This document shows positions 1-7,939 of a DNA stretch of 32,000 bases, in pieces. A program made the position numbers and the translations under genes. The notes under the pieces are model-generated. The model was not told where the DNA came from. It saw only the letters and a program-made list of their open reading frames with translations, and ran no database searches. The stretch comes from Pseudomonas aeruginosa (GTDB lineage Bacteria; Pseudomonadota; Gammaproteobacteria; Pseudomonadales; Pseudomonadaceae), in assembly GCF_001457615.1 (NCBI RefSeq), contig NZ_LN831024.1, positions 5,910,001 to 5,942,000 on the forward strand, in the 5' to 3' direction. Numbering within the stretch: position 1 is the stretch's first letter; the number at the start of each line of letters is the position of its first letter.

Positions 1-163
1 CCAGGCGCGCGCCGAGGCTGTGGAGAAGGACCAGGTCGTGGACGATATTGCCGAAATTGGGATGCTCCACCCCTTCGCCGGGGAGCATGACCACGAAGGT
101 GCGGTCCCGGTGCGAGTTGATGTAGGGCGAAGCGTGACGTAACCAGTTGACGTAGTCGGGCAT
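1..163 (-). CDS. argA: N-acetylglutamate synthase, first 54 codons only (gene runs off the window start)
   Basis: Manual translation of the minus strand from the ATG (cat at 161-163) gives MPDYVNWLRHASPYINSHRDRTFVVMLPGEGVEHPNFGNIVHDLVLLHSLGARL. This is collinear with the E. coli ArgA N-terminus as I remember it (..[36 protein letters not shown]). It is too short to appear in the ORF track. Confidence 0.9.
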   Translation of the reverse strand, partial: MPDYVNWLRHASPYINSHRDRTFVVMLPGEGVEHPNFGNIVHDLVLLHSLGARL

Positions 164-449
164 GGTGGGGAAAGCCTGTCGTTTCGTGAGCGAGAGCAAA
201 GCGTGAGCGGCCGGGACGGCCCGAAGGGCGCCGTTATCGTCGTCGCAGCAACATCGACAGGCTTCTCCTCACTTTCTGGTTAACGAGACGGATGGATCAC
301 GCGCGAGTTTAAACCCTCGGCGGCCCCCCGGCCGCGGGATTCGACCATGGTACGGGGCGTGGGGCCGGAACGAACCGTTTTACCACTATTTCTGAAAAAA
401 ACTATCCGAAAACCCCGGTTAACTCGCGCAGCGCTTTTTCGCTAGGCTG

Positions 450-492
450 CCTCGTTCGCCGTGCCGTCCGGCGCGCACCCACGCGAACGAGG
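450..492 (+). promoter_or_regulatory. Leader stem-loop that sequesters the SD of the marC-family gene
   Basis: CCTCGTTCGC (450-459) is the perfect reverse complement of GCGAACGAGG (483-492), separated by a 23-nt GC-rich loop with its own GTGC/GCAC pairing. The 3' arm contains the GAGG SD (489-492), 7 nt upstream of the ATG at 500. Confidence 0.45.
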
Positions 493-499
493 AAAATCC

Positions 500-1201
500 A
501 TGAGCGAATACTTCCATCACGTCCTGGTCGGCCTGCTCGCCGTGCTCCCGGTAGCCAACCCGCTGACCAGCGTCTCGCTGCTGCTCGGCCTCGGCGGCAG
601 CCTGCCGCCGGCGGAGCGCAACCGGCAGATATTCAAGGCCAGCCTCTACGTGGCGCTGATCATGCTGGTCAGCTTCTACGGCGGCAGCCTGGTGATGCAG
701 GTGTTCGGCATCTCCATTCCCGGCCTGCGCATCGCCGGCGGGCTGATCGTCGCCTATATCGGCTTCACCATGCTGTTCCCCGCCACCACGCCGGACGAGA
801 CCGAAGTCCAGCACGACCTGCTGTCGGACGAGGAAAAGATCACCCCGCACTTCCGCGACCTGTCCTTCGTTCCGCTGGCCCTGCCGGGTACCGCGGGGCC
901 GGGGACCATCGCCCTGGTGGTCAGCTCGGCGTCGACGCTGCAATCCACCTACGGAAGCATTCCGCTGTTCATCCACCTCGCGGCGATCACCGTCACCCTG
1001 CTCACCGCGCTGATCTTCTGGATCGCCCTGCAAAGCTCCGGGCGCATCATGAAGTTCCTCGGCGAATCCGGGATCGACGCCATCTCGCGAGTGGTCGGCT
1101 TCCTGCTGGTGGCGATGGGCGTGCAGTTCGTCATCAACGGCGGCTTCGAGCTGGTCGCCGGCCACGCCGCGCTTCAGTCGGCGGCGGGCGTCAGGCAGTA
1201 A
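500..1201 (+). CDS. MarC/UPF0056-family integral membrane protein
   Basis: This is the ORF 461..1201 trimmed to the ATG at 500, which is preceded by GAGGAAAATCC. The product is a polytopic hydrophobic protein (MSEYFHHVLVGLLAVLPVANPLTSV...) typical of the MarC/YhgN family. Confidence 0.8.
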   Translation: MSEYFHHVLVGLLAVLPVANPLTSVSLLLGLGGSLPPAERNRQIFKASLYVALIMLVSFYGGSLVMQVFGISIPGLRIAGGLIVAYIGFTMLFPATTPDETEVQHDLLSDEEKITPHFRDLSFVPLALPGTAGPGTIALVVSSASTLQSTYGSIPLFIHLAAITVTLLTALIFWIALQSSGRIMKFLGESGIDAISRVVGFLLVAMGVQFVINGGFELVAGHAALQSAAGVRQ

Positions 1202-2328
1202 TGCTGGATCAGCCGGCGCAGCACGCCGACCATCGGTTCGATACGCGCCAGTTCGAGGTGCTCGTCGGGCTGGTGGGCACAGGCGATGTCGCCGGCGCCG
1301 AGGACCAGGGTCTCGCTGCCCAGGCGCTGGAAGTACGGCGCCTCGGTACCGAACGCCACGGCCTCGGCGCGATGCCCGGTCAGGCGTTCGGCGACGCGTA
1401 CCAGTTCGCTGTCCTGCGCCTGTTCGAACGGCGGCACGGCAGGGAACAGCGGCTGGTAGTCGATGCTCACCTTGTGCCGTTCGGCCAGCGGCCGCAGGCG
1501 CTGGCGGATCGCCTCGCGCAACTGCTCGGGCTGCATGCCGGGTAGCGGGCGCAGGTCGAATTCCAGCGAACACTGGCCGCAGATGCGGTTGGGATTGTCG
1601 CCGCCGTGGATGCAACCGAAGTTCAGGGTCGGCTGGGGCACGCTGAACTGCGGGTTGTTCCAGGCCTGCTGCCATTCCCCGCGCAGAGCCATCAGCTCGC
1701 CGATGGTCGCGTGCATCGCCTCCAGGGCGCTGCGCCCGAGGTTCGGATCGGACGAATGGCCGCTCTGCCCGAGAATCTCGATGCGCTCCATCATCACCCC
1801 CTTGTGCAGGCGGATCGGCCGCAGATTGGTCGGCTCGCCGATCACCGTGGCGCGCCCCAGCGGCCGCCCGCTTTCGGCGAGGGCACGGGCGCCGGCCATC
1901 GAGCTTTCCTCGTCGCAGGTGGCGAGGATCATCAGCGGCTGGCGGAACGGCTGGTCGAGCAGCGGCAGCAAGGCCTCGATGGCCAGCGGGAAGAAGCCCT
2001 TCATGTCGCAACTGCCGAGGCCGTACCAGCGGCCGTCGCGCTCGTCCAGGCGCAGCGGATCGCTGCTCCACAGCGCTTCGTCGTAGGGCACGGTATCGGT
2101 GTGGCCGGCCAGCACCAGCCCGCCGGGACCGCTGCCGTAGCTGGCCAGCAGGTTGAACTTGCCCGGCGAGACTTCCCGGATCTCGCAGCGGAAGCCTAGA
2201 TCGCCCAGCCAGGAGGCCAGCAGGTCGACCACCGGGCGGTTGGTCTGGTCCAGCTCGGGCTGGGTGCAACTGACGGAAGACGCGGCGATCAGCGCGCCGA
2301 ACTGGTCTTTCAGAGACGGCAACGGCAT
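1174..2328 (-). CDS. argE: Acetylornithine deacetylase (M20 peptidase family)
   Basis: This is the ORF 1174..2340 trimmed to MPLPSLKDQF (cat at 2326-2328), preceded by GGAGGG. M20 motifs are present: LAGHTDTVP and CDMKGF. The length of 384 aa is similar to E. coli ArgE. Confidence 0.88.
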   Translation of the reverse strand: MPLPSLKDQFGALIAASSVSCTQPELDQTNRPVVDLLASWLGDLGFRCEIREVSPGKFNLLASYGSGPGGLVLAGHTDTVPYDEALWSSDPLRLDERDGRWYGLGSCDMKGFFPLAIEALLPLLDQPFRQPLMILATCDEESSMAGARALAESGRPLGRATVIGEPTNLRPIRLHKGVMMERIEILGQSGHSSDPNLGRSALEAMHATIGELMALRGEWQQAWNNPQFSVPQPTLNFGCIHGGDNPNRICGQCSLEFDLRPLPGMQPEQLREAIRQRLRPLAERHKVSIDYQPLFPAVPPFEQAQDSELVRVAERLTGHRAEAVAFGTEAPYFQRLGSETLVLGAGDIACAHQPDEHLELARIEPMVGVLRRLIQHYCLTPAAD

Positions 2329-2427
2329 GGGACCCTCCACACGGATCGAGCCCCATCATGGCCTATCGCGGCGGTGGATAAAACCGTCCGTTCCGGTTCC
2401 GCCTGCGCCAGCCGACGAAGACCGAGC

Positions 2428-3696
2428 TCAGGCGCCGAACAGCGCGCGCAGGACCAGGAAGAACAGGATCGCCAGCAACGCGCCGGCCGGCAGGGTCACT
2501 ACCCAGGACAGGAAGATCGAGCCGATCACCCGCAGGTTGAGCGCGCCGATACCGCGCGCCATGCCGATGCCGAGCACCGCGCCGACCAGGGTATGGGTAG
2601 TGGACACCGGCAGGCCGATGGCCGAGGCGCCAACCACCGTGGAGGCGGTCGCCAGCTCGGCGGCGAAGCCGCGGCTGGGGGTCAGCTCGGTGATCTCCCG
2701 GCCGATGGTCGCGATCACCCGGTAGCCATAGGTAGCCAGGCCGATGACGATGCCCACCGCACCCAGCAGCAGTACCCAGGACGGCACCGGTGAGCGGGTC
2801 ACCAGTTCCAGGTCGCCGCCGGCCTGGACCACCGCGACGACCGCCGCCACCGGGCCGATGGCGTTGGCCACGTCGTTGGCGCCATGGGCGAAAGCCATGG
2901 AGCAGGCGGTGAAGATCATCAGCACCGCGAAGACCCGCTCGACGCTGGCGAAGCCGCCACGCGGATCGGCTCCGCCAGTGGGTCGGATGCGCAACAGCAG
3001 GACGATGCCCAGGCCCATCACCAGGCCACCGGCGAGCAACGCCAGGCCCAGCGTCTGGATGCCGGAAAGCTCCAGGCCGACATGCTTCAGGCCCTTGCCG
3101 ACGGTCATCAGCGCGACCATGAAGCCCGCCAGGAACATGTACAGCGGCACGTAGCGGCGCGCGCTGCGGAACGGGTCCTCGGCATGCAGTACCAGCCACT
3201 GCACGCTCCTGAACAGGGCGAAGGCGAGCAGCCCGGACAGCACCGGCGTCACCACCCAACTGGCGACGATCGGGCCGATCGCGCCCCAGTGCACCGCGTG
3301 CACCGAGACACCGACCGAGGCGAAGCCGATGATCGCGCCGACGATGGAGTGGGTGGTCGACACCGGCCAGCCCTTGATCGTCGCCAGCAACAGCCAGACC
3401 CCGGCGGCCAGCAAGGCCGAGAGCATGCCGAAGACCAGCAGGTCGGGGGTCATGTACTGCGGGTCGACGATGCCGCTCCTGATCGTTTCGGTGACTTCGC
3501 CACCAGCGAAATAGGCACCGCAGAACTCGAAGACCATGGCCACCAGGATCGCCTGGCGGATGGTCAGAGCGCGCGAGCCCACCGAAGTGCCCATGGCGTT
3601 GGCGACGTCGTTGGCGCCGACGCCCCAGGCCATGAAGAAACCGAACAGGCAGGCGAGTACGAGGAAGGCGAAGCCGTGGTCGGCGATCAGGGACAT
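2428..3696 (-). CDS. Low-affinity inorganic phosphate transporter (PiT/PHO4 family)
   Basis: This is the C-terminal 422 codons of ORF 2428..4650, starting at MSLIADHGF (cat at 3694-3696). The PiT signature GANDVANA occurs twice (WGVGANDVANAMG and FAHGANDVANAIG). The product is a multi-TM protein. Confidence 0.9.
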   Translation of the reverse strand: MSLIADHGFAFLVLACLFGFFMAWGVGANDVANAMGTSVGSRALTIRQAILVAMVFEFCGAYFAGGEVTETIRSGIVDPQYMTPDLLVFGMLSALLAAGVWLLLATIKGWPVSTTHSIVGAIIGFASVGVSVHAVHWGAIGPIVASWVVTPVLSGLLAFALFRSVQWLVLHAEDPFRSARRYVPLYMFLAGFMVALMTVGKGLKHVGLELSGIQTLGLALLAGGLVMGLGIVLLLRIRPTGGADPRGGFASVERVFAVLMIFTACSMAFAHGANDVANAIGPVAAVVAVVQAGGDLELVTRSPVPSWVLLLGAVGIVIGLATYGYRVIATIGREITELTPSRGFAAELATASTVVGASAIGLPVSTTHTLVGAVLGIGMARGIGALNLRVIGSIFLSWVVTLPAGALLAILFFLVLRALFGA

Positions 3697-3740
3697 GGGC
3701 GGTATCCGTGTGCAGGCAGGGTCGGAAAGAAGACCGGCGC

Positions 3741-4418
3741 TCACCGCGCCAGCAATTGCTCCAAGCGGTTGCCGACCCGCTGGGCGCGGTCGGCGACATC
3801 GCCGATCCATTCGATGATCTGGTAGAGGAACATCACGTCCACCGGCGGCAGCTCGCTTTCCAGGCGGAACAGCTCGCGGCGCACCTCGACCTGGATGCGG
3901 TCGGTGTCGTTCTCGATCGCCTCGAGTTCCTCCACCATGCTCTCCACCAGGCTGGTCTCGCGCCCGCCGAAGCCGGTCTCGAGCAGTTCGTTGAGTTCGT
4001 TGACCACCCGCAACGCCTGGGCGCTGGCGTCCACCGAGCGCTGCACATAGGCGAGCATCTGGCCCTGTAGCGGCAACGGGATGCGCATGCGCCGGCCCAG
4101 CATCAGCCCGACGATGTCCTTGGCGCGATTGGCGACTTTGTCCTGTACACTGAGCAGCTCCAACAGATCGGAGCGCGGCACCGGAAGGAACAGGCTCTTG
4201 GGCAGGTGCATCCGGACGTTCTTCTTCAGCCGATCGGCTTCCTGCTCCAGTCGCACCATGTCCTGCTGAACCTGTTCGACCTGCGCCCAGTCCTCGGCGA
4301 TCACCGCGCGGAAGAACGGCAACAGGCCGGCCGCGCATTCGTGGGCCTTGGCGATGTGCTGCTGCATCGGCCCGATCGGCGAACGGCCGAACAGGCTGAT
4401 GAACGGATTGGTCGGCAT
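3741..4418 (-). CDS. DUF47 / PhoU-like Pit accessory protein
   Basis: This is the ORF 3741..4463 trimmed to MPTNPFISLFGR (cat at 4416-4418), preceded by GGGAGG. The product is an all-helical 225-aa protein of the TIGR00153/PhoU_div type. It lies 44 nt upstream of the Pit gene, which is the usual pairing. Confidence 0.8.
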   Translation of the reverse strand: MPTNPFISLFGRSPIGPMQQHIAKAHECAAGLLPFFRAVIAEDWAQVEQVQQDMVRLEQEADRLKKNVRMHLPKSLFLPVPRSDLLELLSVQDKVANRAKDIVGLMLGRRMRIPLPLQGQMLAYVQRSVDASAQALRVVNELNELLETGFGGRETSLVESMVEELEAIENDTDRIQVEVRRELFRLESELPPVDVMFLYQIIEWIGDVADRAQRVGNRLEQLLAR

Positions 4419-4447
4419 GGAACGCCTCCCTGGTGGAAATGCCGAAA

Positions 4448-4453
4448 AGTATA
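4448..4453 (-). promoter_or_regulatory. Candidate -10 box (TATACT) for the DUF47-pit operon
   Basis: The minus strand reads ggccTATACTtttcgg, 30 nt upstream of the ATG at 4418. No convincing -35 was found, so an activator-dependent promoter is possible. Confidence 0.3.
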
Positions 4454-4531
4454 GGCCACCCACCCCGCGCGCCTTTGATCTGGAACACCTTCACCCGCGG
4501 ACGCCTGGCGTCCCGAGCCGGACATCGCCCC

Positions 4532-5896
4532 ATGCAGAAAGAAACCGAAATCAAACTCCGCGTCAGCCGCGCCACCCTGGAAGCCTTGCAGGAGCACCCG
4601 TTGCTGAAGAAGCGCAACAAATCGGGCTGGGAGCGCCGCGAACTGTACAACCAGTACTACGACACCCCCGGCCGCGAGCTGGCCCGGGCCAAGGTCGCGC
4701 TGCGCATGCGCCGCGACGGCGAGCAGTACATCCAGACGCTGAAAAGCCGCGGGCAGAGCGTGGCCGGGTTGTCCGAACGCAACGAGTGGGACTGGTACCT
4801 GGAAAAGAACAAGCTCGACCTGAAGAAACTCGACGACAAGTGCTGGCCGGCGGCCCTCAAGGATCTCGACAAGAAGCAGCTCAAGCCGATCTTCAGCACC
4901 GACTTCGTCCGCCAGCGCGCCGAGATCGCCTGGGGCCGCGGCAAGGCCAGGGTAGTCGTGGAGGCGGCGCTCGACCTGGGCAAGGTGGTCGCCGGCGACA
5001 ACCAGGAGGAAATCTGCGAACTGGAGCTGGAACTGCGCCAGGGCGATGCCGCCGCGCTGCTGGAGCTGGCCGCGGAACTGGCCGCCGACCTGCCGCTGAT
5101 GCCCTGCGACATCAGCAAGGCCGAGCGCGGCTACCGCCTGTTCGATCCGAACAGCTACGAGGTCGATCCCCCGGCCCAGAAACTGCTGGCGGAAACCCCG
5201 CTGGACGGTGCCTTCGCCGCCATCGCCTGGTACCTGCTCGGCAGCAGCCAGCGACTGGCCGAACAGTATCGCTTCAACGGCCACTGGCGCCTGCTGGAGG
5301 ACTGGCTGCAACACCTGCAGGACCTGCGTACCCTGCTCGGCAGCCTCGGCCAGGCGGTGCCACGCGCCAGCAGTCGCGAGCTGCGCGAAGCGCTGGACGC
5401 TCTCCTCGCCGACTGGGCGCCGCGCATCGAGCGCGGCCGTGACGACGAGACGCTACGCCAGCAGGCGCCGCAACTGTTCCGCGGCGAACTCGACGAGACC
5501 CGCTGGGGCCTGTTCTCCCTGAATGCCTCGCGCTGGCTGCTGGCCAAGGCCTGGACCGAGTCGCGCAACGAGCGCGGCAACCGCCAGGGCTCTGCCGCGC
5601 TGGGCAAGTGGCTGCTGCGCAGCCTTGCCGAAGAAGCCCAGGCCACGCCGCTGGCGCGCGCCCACCAGCATCCCGAGCTGCTCCCCGACCAAGCGCCGCG
5701 CCTGCAGCGCATGCTTACCTGGTTGCGCCTGGCGCGCGGCGTGCTCGACCTGCCGGAAGCCGACCGCCTCTACGGCGAACTGGCCAAGTTGCTGGAGCTG
5801 CTGCGGCAACCTGTCGATGCCGAGCGCCTGGCTGCCCGCGCCACGCAGGCCCATACTGTGCTGACGCTCAAACCCTGGAAGGCGCTGATGAAATAA
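4532..5896 (+). CDS. CYTH + CHAD domain protein (YgiF-like inorganic triphosphatase family)
   Basis: This is the ORF 4433..5896 trimmed to MQKETEIKLRV (ATG at 4532). The ExExK CYTH hallmark (ETEIKL) sits at the N-terminus. The long helical, Arg/Leu-rich C-terminal half is consistent with a CHAD domain. The size of 454 aa is close to E. coli YgiF. Confidence 0.75.
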   Translation: MQKETEIKLRVSRATLEALQEHPLLKKRNKSGWERRELYNQYYDTPGRELARAKVALRMRRDGEQYIQTLKSRGQSVAGLSERNEWDWYLEKNKLDLKKLDDKCWPAALKDLDKKQLKPIFSTDFVRQRAEIAWGRGKARVVVEAALDLGKVVAGDNQEEICELELELRQGDAAALLELAAELAADLPLMPCDISKAERGYRLFDPNSYEVDPPAQKLLAETPLDGAFAAIAWYLLGSSQRLAEQYRFNGHWRLLEDWLQHLQDLRTLLGSLGQAVPRASSRELREALDALLADWAPRIERGRDDETLRQQAPQLFRGELDETRWGLFSLNASRWLLAKAWTESRNERGNRQGSAALGKWLLRSLAEEAQATPLARAHQHPELLPDQAPRLQRMLTWLRLARGVLDLPEADRLYGELAKLLELLRQPVDAERLAARATQAHTVLTLKPWKALMK

Positions 5897-5933
5897 GCTT
5901 CGCCGCTACCGCCATCATCCGAAGGGAGTCTGC

Positions 5934-7718
5934 ATGTCCGTGTTCGCCACCGCCGCCCAGGACCGCCTGCTGGACCTCGGCGACCTGCTCCGCGAGCTGG
6001 TCGCCCAGGGCCGGGTCGGGCAGGAGCAGGCCGAACAGTGCCTGGCGATCCGCCGCAGCGCGGTGCGCAACCAGCAGCATCCGCTGGAGTTCCTCGCCGC
6101 GCAGCAGGTCGAGGATCTCAAGCGCCCCGGACGCAAGCTCGACCTGGAGACCCTCACCCAGTGGCTGGCCGAGTACGCCGGCCAGCCCTACCTGCGCATC
6201 GACCCGCTGAAGATCGACGTCGCCGCGGTGACTCCGCTGATGTCCTACGCCTTCGCCCAGCGCCATGGCATCCTCGCCGTCGCGCTGAGTCCGGAGGAAG
6301 TCACCATCGCCAGCGCCCAGCCCTTCGTACAGGGCTGGGAAAGCAACCTGGTGCATGTGCTCAAGCGACCGATCAAGCGGGTGGTGGCGAACCCGGCGGA
6401 CATCCAGCGCTACACCGTCGAGTTCTTCCGCCTGGCCCGCTCGGTCAGCGGCGCCACCTCGCCGGACCAGAAGATCAGCGGCGTCGGCAACTTCGAGCAG
6501 TTGCTCAACCTCGGCGCCGCCGACCAGGAGCCGGACGCCAACGACGCGCACATCGTCACCATCGTCGACTGGCTGTTCCAGTACGCCTTCCAGCAGCGCG
6601 CCAGCGACATCCACATCGAGCCGCGCCGCGAGCAGGGCACCGTGCGCTTCCGTATCGACGGCGTGCTGCACAACGTCTACCAGTTCCCGCCGCAGGTGAC
6701 CATGGCGGTGGTCAGCCGCCTGAAGTCGCTGGGACGGATGAACGTGGCGGAGAAACGCAAGCCGCAGGACGGCCGGGTCAAGACCAAGACCCCGGACGGC
6801 GCCGAGGTGGAGCTGCGCCTGTCGACCCTGCCCACCGCCTTCGGCGAGAAGATGGTGATGCGCATCTTCGACCCCGAGGTGCTGCTCAAGAGCTTCGACC
6901 AGCTCGGCTTCTCCGCCGACGACCTGCGCCGCTGGCAGAGCATGACCAGCCAGCCCAACGGCATCATCCTGGTCACCGGCCCCACCGGCTCGGGCAAGAC
7001 CACCACGCTCTACACCACGCTCAAGCAACTGGCCACCGATGAGGTGAACGTCTGCACCATCGAGGACCCGATCGAGATGATCGAGCCCTCGTTCAACCAG
7101 ATGCAGGTCCAGCACAACATCGACCTGACCTTCGCCAGCGGCGTACGCGCCCTGCTGCGGCAGGACCCGGACATCATCATGGTCGGCGAGATCCGCGACC
7201 TGGAGACCGCCGAGATGGCGATCCAGGCGGCGCTCACCGGGCACCTGGTGCTCTCCACCCTGCACACCAACGACTCCCCCACGGCGATCACCCGCCTGCT
7301 CGAACTGGGCGTACCCTACTACCTGATCCGCGCCACGGTGCTAGGGGTCATGGCCCAGCGCCTGGTGCGCACGCTCTGCCCGCACTGCAAGGCGCCGATG
7401 CAACTGGCGGACAGCGACTGGCACGAACTGACCCGCCCCTGGAGCGCCCCGCCGCCCAGCGGCGCGCACCAGGCCGTGGGTTGCCTGGAGTGCCGCGACA
7501 CCGGCTATCGCGGGCGCGCCGGCGTCTATGAAATCATGCTGCTCAGCGATAGCCTGAAAGAACTGATCACCGCCGACACCGACCTGGTCGCCCTGCGCCG
7601 CCAGGCGTACAAGGAAGGCACCCGCAGCCTGCGCCTGTCCGGCGCGCAGAAGGTCGCCGCAGGTATCAGTACGCTGGAGGAAGTACTGCGGGTGACCCCG
7701 CAGAGCGAACAGAAGTAG
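5934..7718 (+). CDS. GspE/PilB-family secretion ATPase (orphan)
   Basis: 594 aa with a full motif set: Walker A GPTGSGKTTT, Walker B/Asp box DPDIIMVGEIRD, His box TGHLVLSTLHTND and a tetracysteine CPHC...CLEC. There is a T2SSE_N-like N-domain. The SD AAGGGAG lies upstream of the ATG at 5934. Confidence 0.9.
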   Translation: MSVFATAAQDRLLDLGDLLRELVAQGRVGQEQAEQCLAIRRSAVRNQQHPLEFLAAQQVEDLKRPGRKLDLETLTQWLAEYAGQPYLRIDPLKIDVAAVTPLMSYAFAQRHGILAVALSPEEVTIASAQPFVQGWESNLVHVLKRPIKRVVANPADIQRYTVEFFRLARSVSGATSPDQKISGVGNFEQLLNLGAADQEPDANDAHIVTIVDWLFQYAFQQRASDIHIEPRREQGTVRFRIDGVLHNVYQFPPQVTMAVVSRLKSLGRMNVAEKRKPQDGRVKTKTPDGAEVELRLSTLPTAFGEKMVMRIFDPEVLLKSFDQLGFSADDLRRWQSMTSQPNGIILVTGPTGSGKTTTLYTTLKQLATDEVNVCTIEDPIEMIEPSFNQMQVQHNIDLTFASGVRALLRQDPDIIMVGEIRDLETAEMAIQAALTGHLVLSTLHTNDSPTAITRLLELGVPYYLIRATVLGVMAQRLVRTLCPHCKAPMQLADSDWHELTRPWSAPPPSGAHQAVGCLECRDTGYRGRAGVYEIMLLSDSLKELITADTDLVALRRQAYKEGTRSLRLSGAQKVAAGISTLEEVLRVTPQSEQK

Positions 7719-7727
7719 CGGCACATC

Positions 7728-7748
7728 CCGTCGGCGGAGTTCCGACGG
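7728..7748 (+). terminator. Weak hairpin after the ATPase gene
   Basis: CCGTCGG-cggagtt-CCGACGG, followed by only TT. It starts 10 nt after the stop codon. Confidence 0.3.
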
Positions 7749-7939
7749 TTGCACGGCACAACGCCGGACGGGCCTGCCAGGCCCACAGACAAGGATGTAG
7801 ACGATGACGAGCGTTACCCCCGCCGTCCCCGCGCCGACGCTCCCCAGCCGTGGCGCACCGCACCTGCGGCGAGCCGCGAGCGGCGTCCCTGGCCCGATAT
7901 GGCTCGGCCGGCCGCCGAGCCGGCGCTGAGGGCCGGCCG

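Noticed and set aside
225-270. Possible ArgR operator (TGTCGC-type half sites) upstream of argA: cgtcgtcgcagcaacatcgacagg.
   Set aside because: Only degenerate half-site matches (CGTCGC / TGTCGA) are present. They lack the expected tandem spacing and AA dinucleotides, so I cannot support the call from sequence alone.
419-2359. 646-aa ORF on the minus strand spanning the marC-family and argE region. Similar long ORFs occur at 2363-3799(-), 4301-5314(-), 5868-7265(-), 12320-13579(+), 13329-15101(-), 16327-17265(+), 19533-20735(+), 21140-22213(+) and 22251-23741(+).
   Set aside because: These are shadow ORFs typical of high-GC DNA. Their products are Arg/Ala/Gly/Pro-rich and low in complexity, with no recognisable motifs. 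Each overlaps, on the opposite strand or in another frame, a gene with a clear conserved homologue and a good SD.
2428-4650. 740-aa ORF suggesting a much longer Pit protein. Similar N-terminal extensions occur at 8888-12283, 16360-17937, 19461-20885, 15294-16547 and 18219-19424.
   Set aside because: The extensions run through neighbouring genes in other frames, lack homology and lack an SD. Internal ATG starts with good SD sequences give proteins of canonical family length.
5934-6060. MshEN-type c-di-GMP binding motif in the N-terminus of the GspE-like ATPase (..LLDLGDLLRELVAQGRVGQEQAEQCL..).
   Set aside because: The segment resembles the generic T2SSE_N helix pattern but does not fit RLGxx(L/V/I)(L/V/I)xxG(L/V/I)(L/V/I)xxxxLxxxLxxQ. 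It lacks the Arg, has three extra residues before the Gly, and has no second repeat. The evidence is insufficient to claim c-di-GMP binding.
7804-7929. 41-codon ORF (MTSVTPAVPAPTLPSRGAPHLRRAASGVPGPIWLGRPPSRR) with AAGGA 8 nt upstream, in the spacer before the NfeD-like gene.
   Set aside because: The peptide is Pro/Arg-rich with no hydrophobic or structural features. High GC3 does not discriminate here, because the overlapping NfeD-frame extension scored similarly when I counted it. I treat it as unsupported unless conservation or Ribo-seq data say otherwise.
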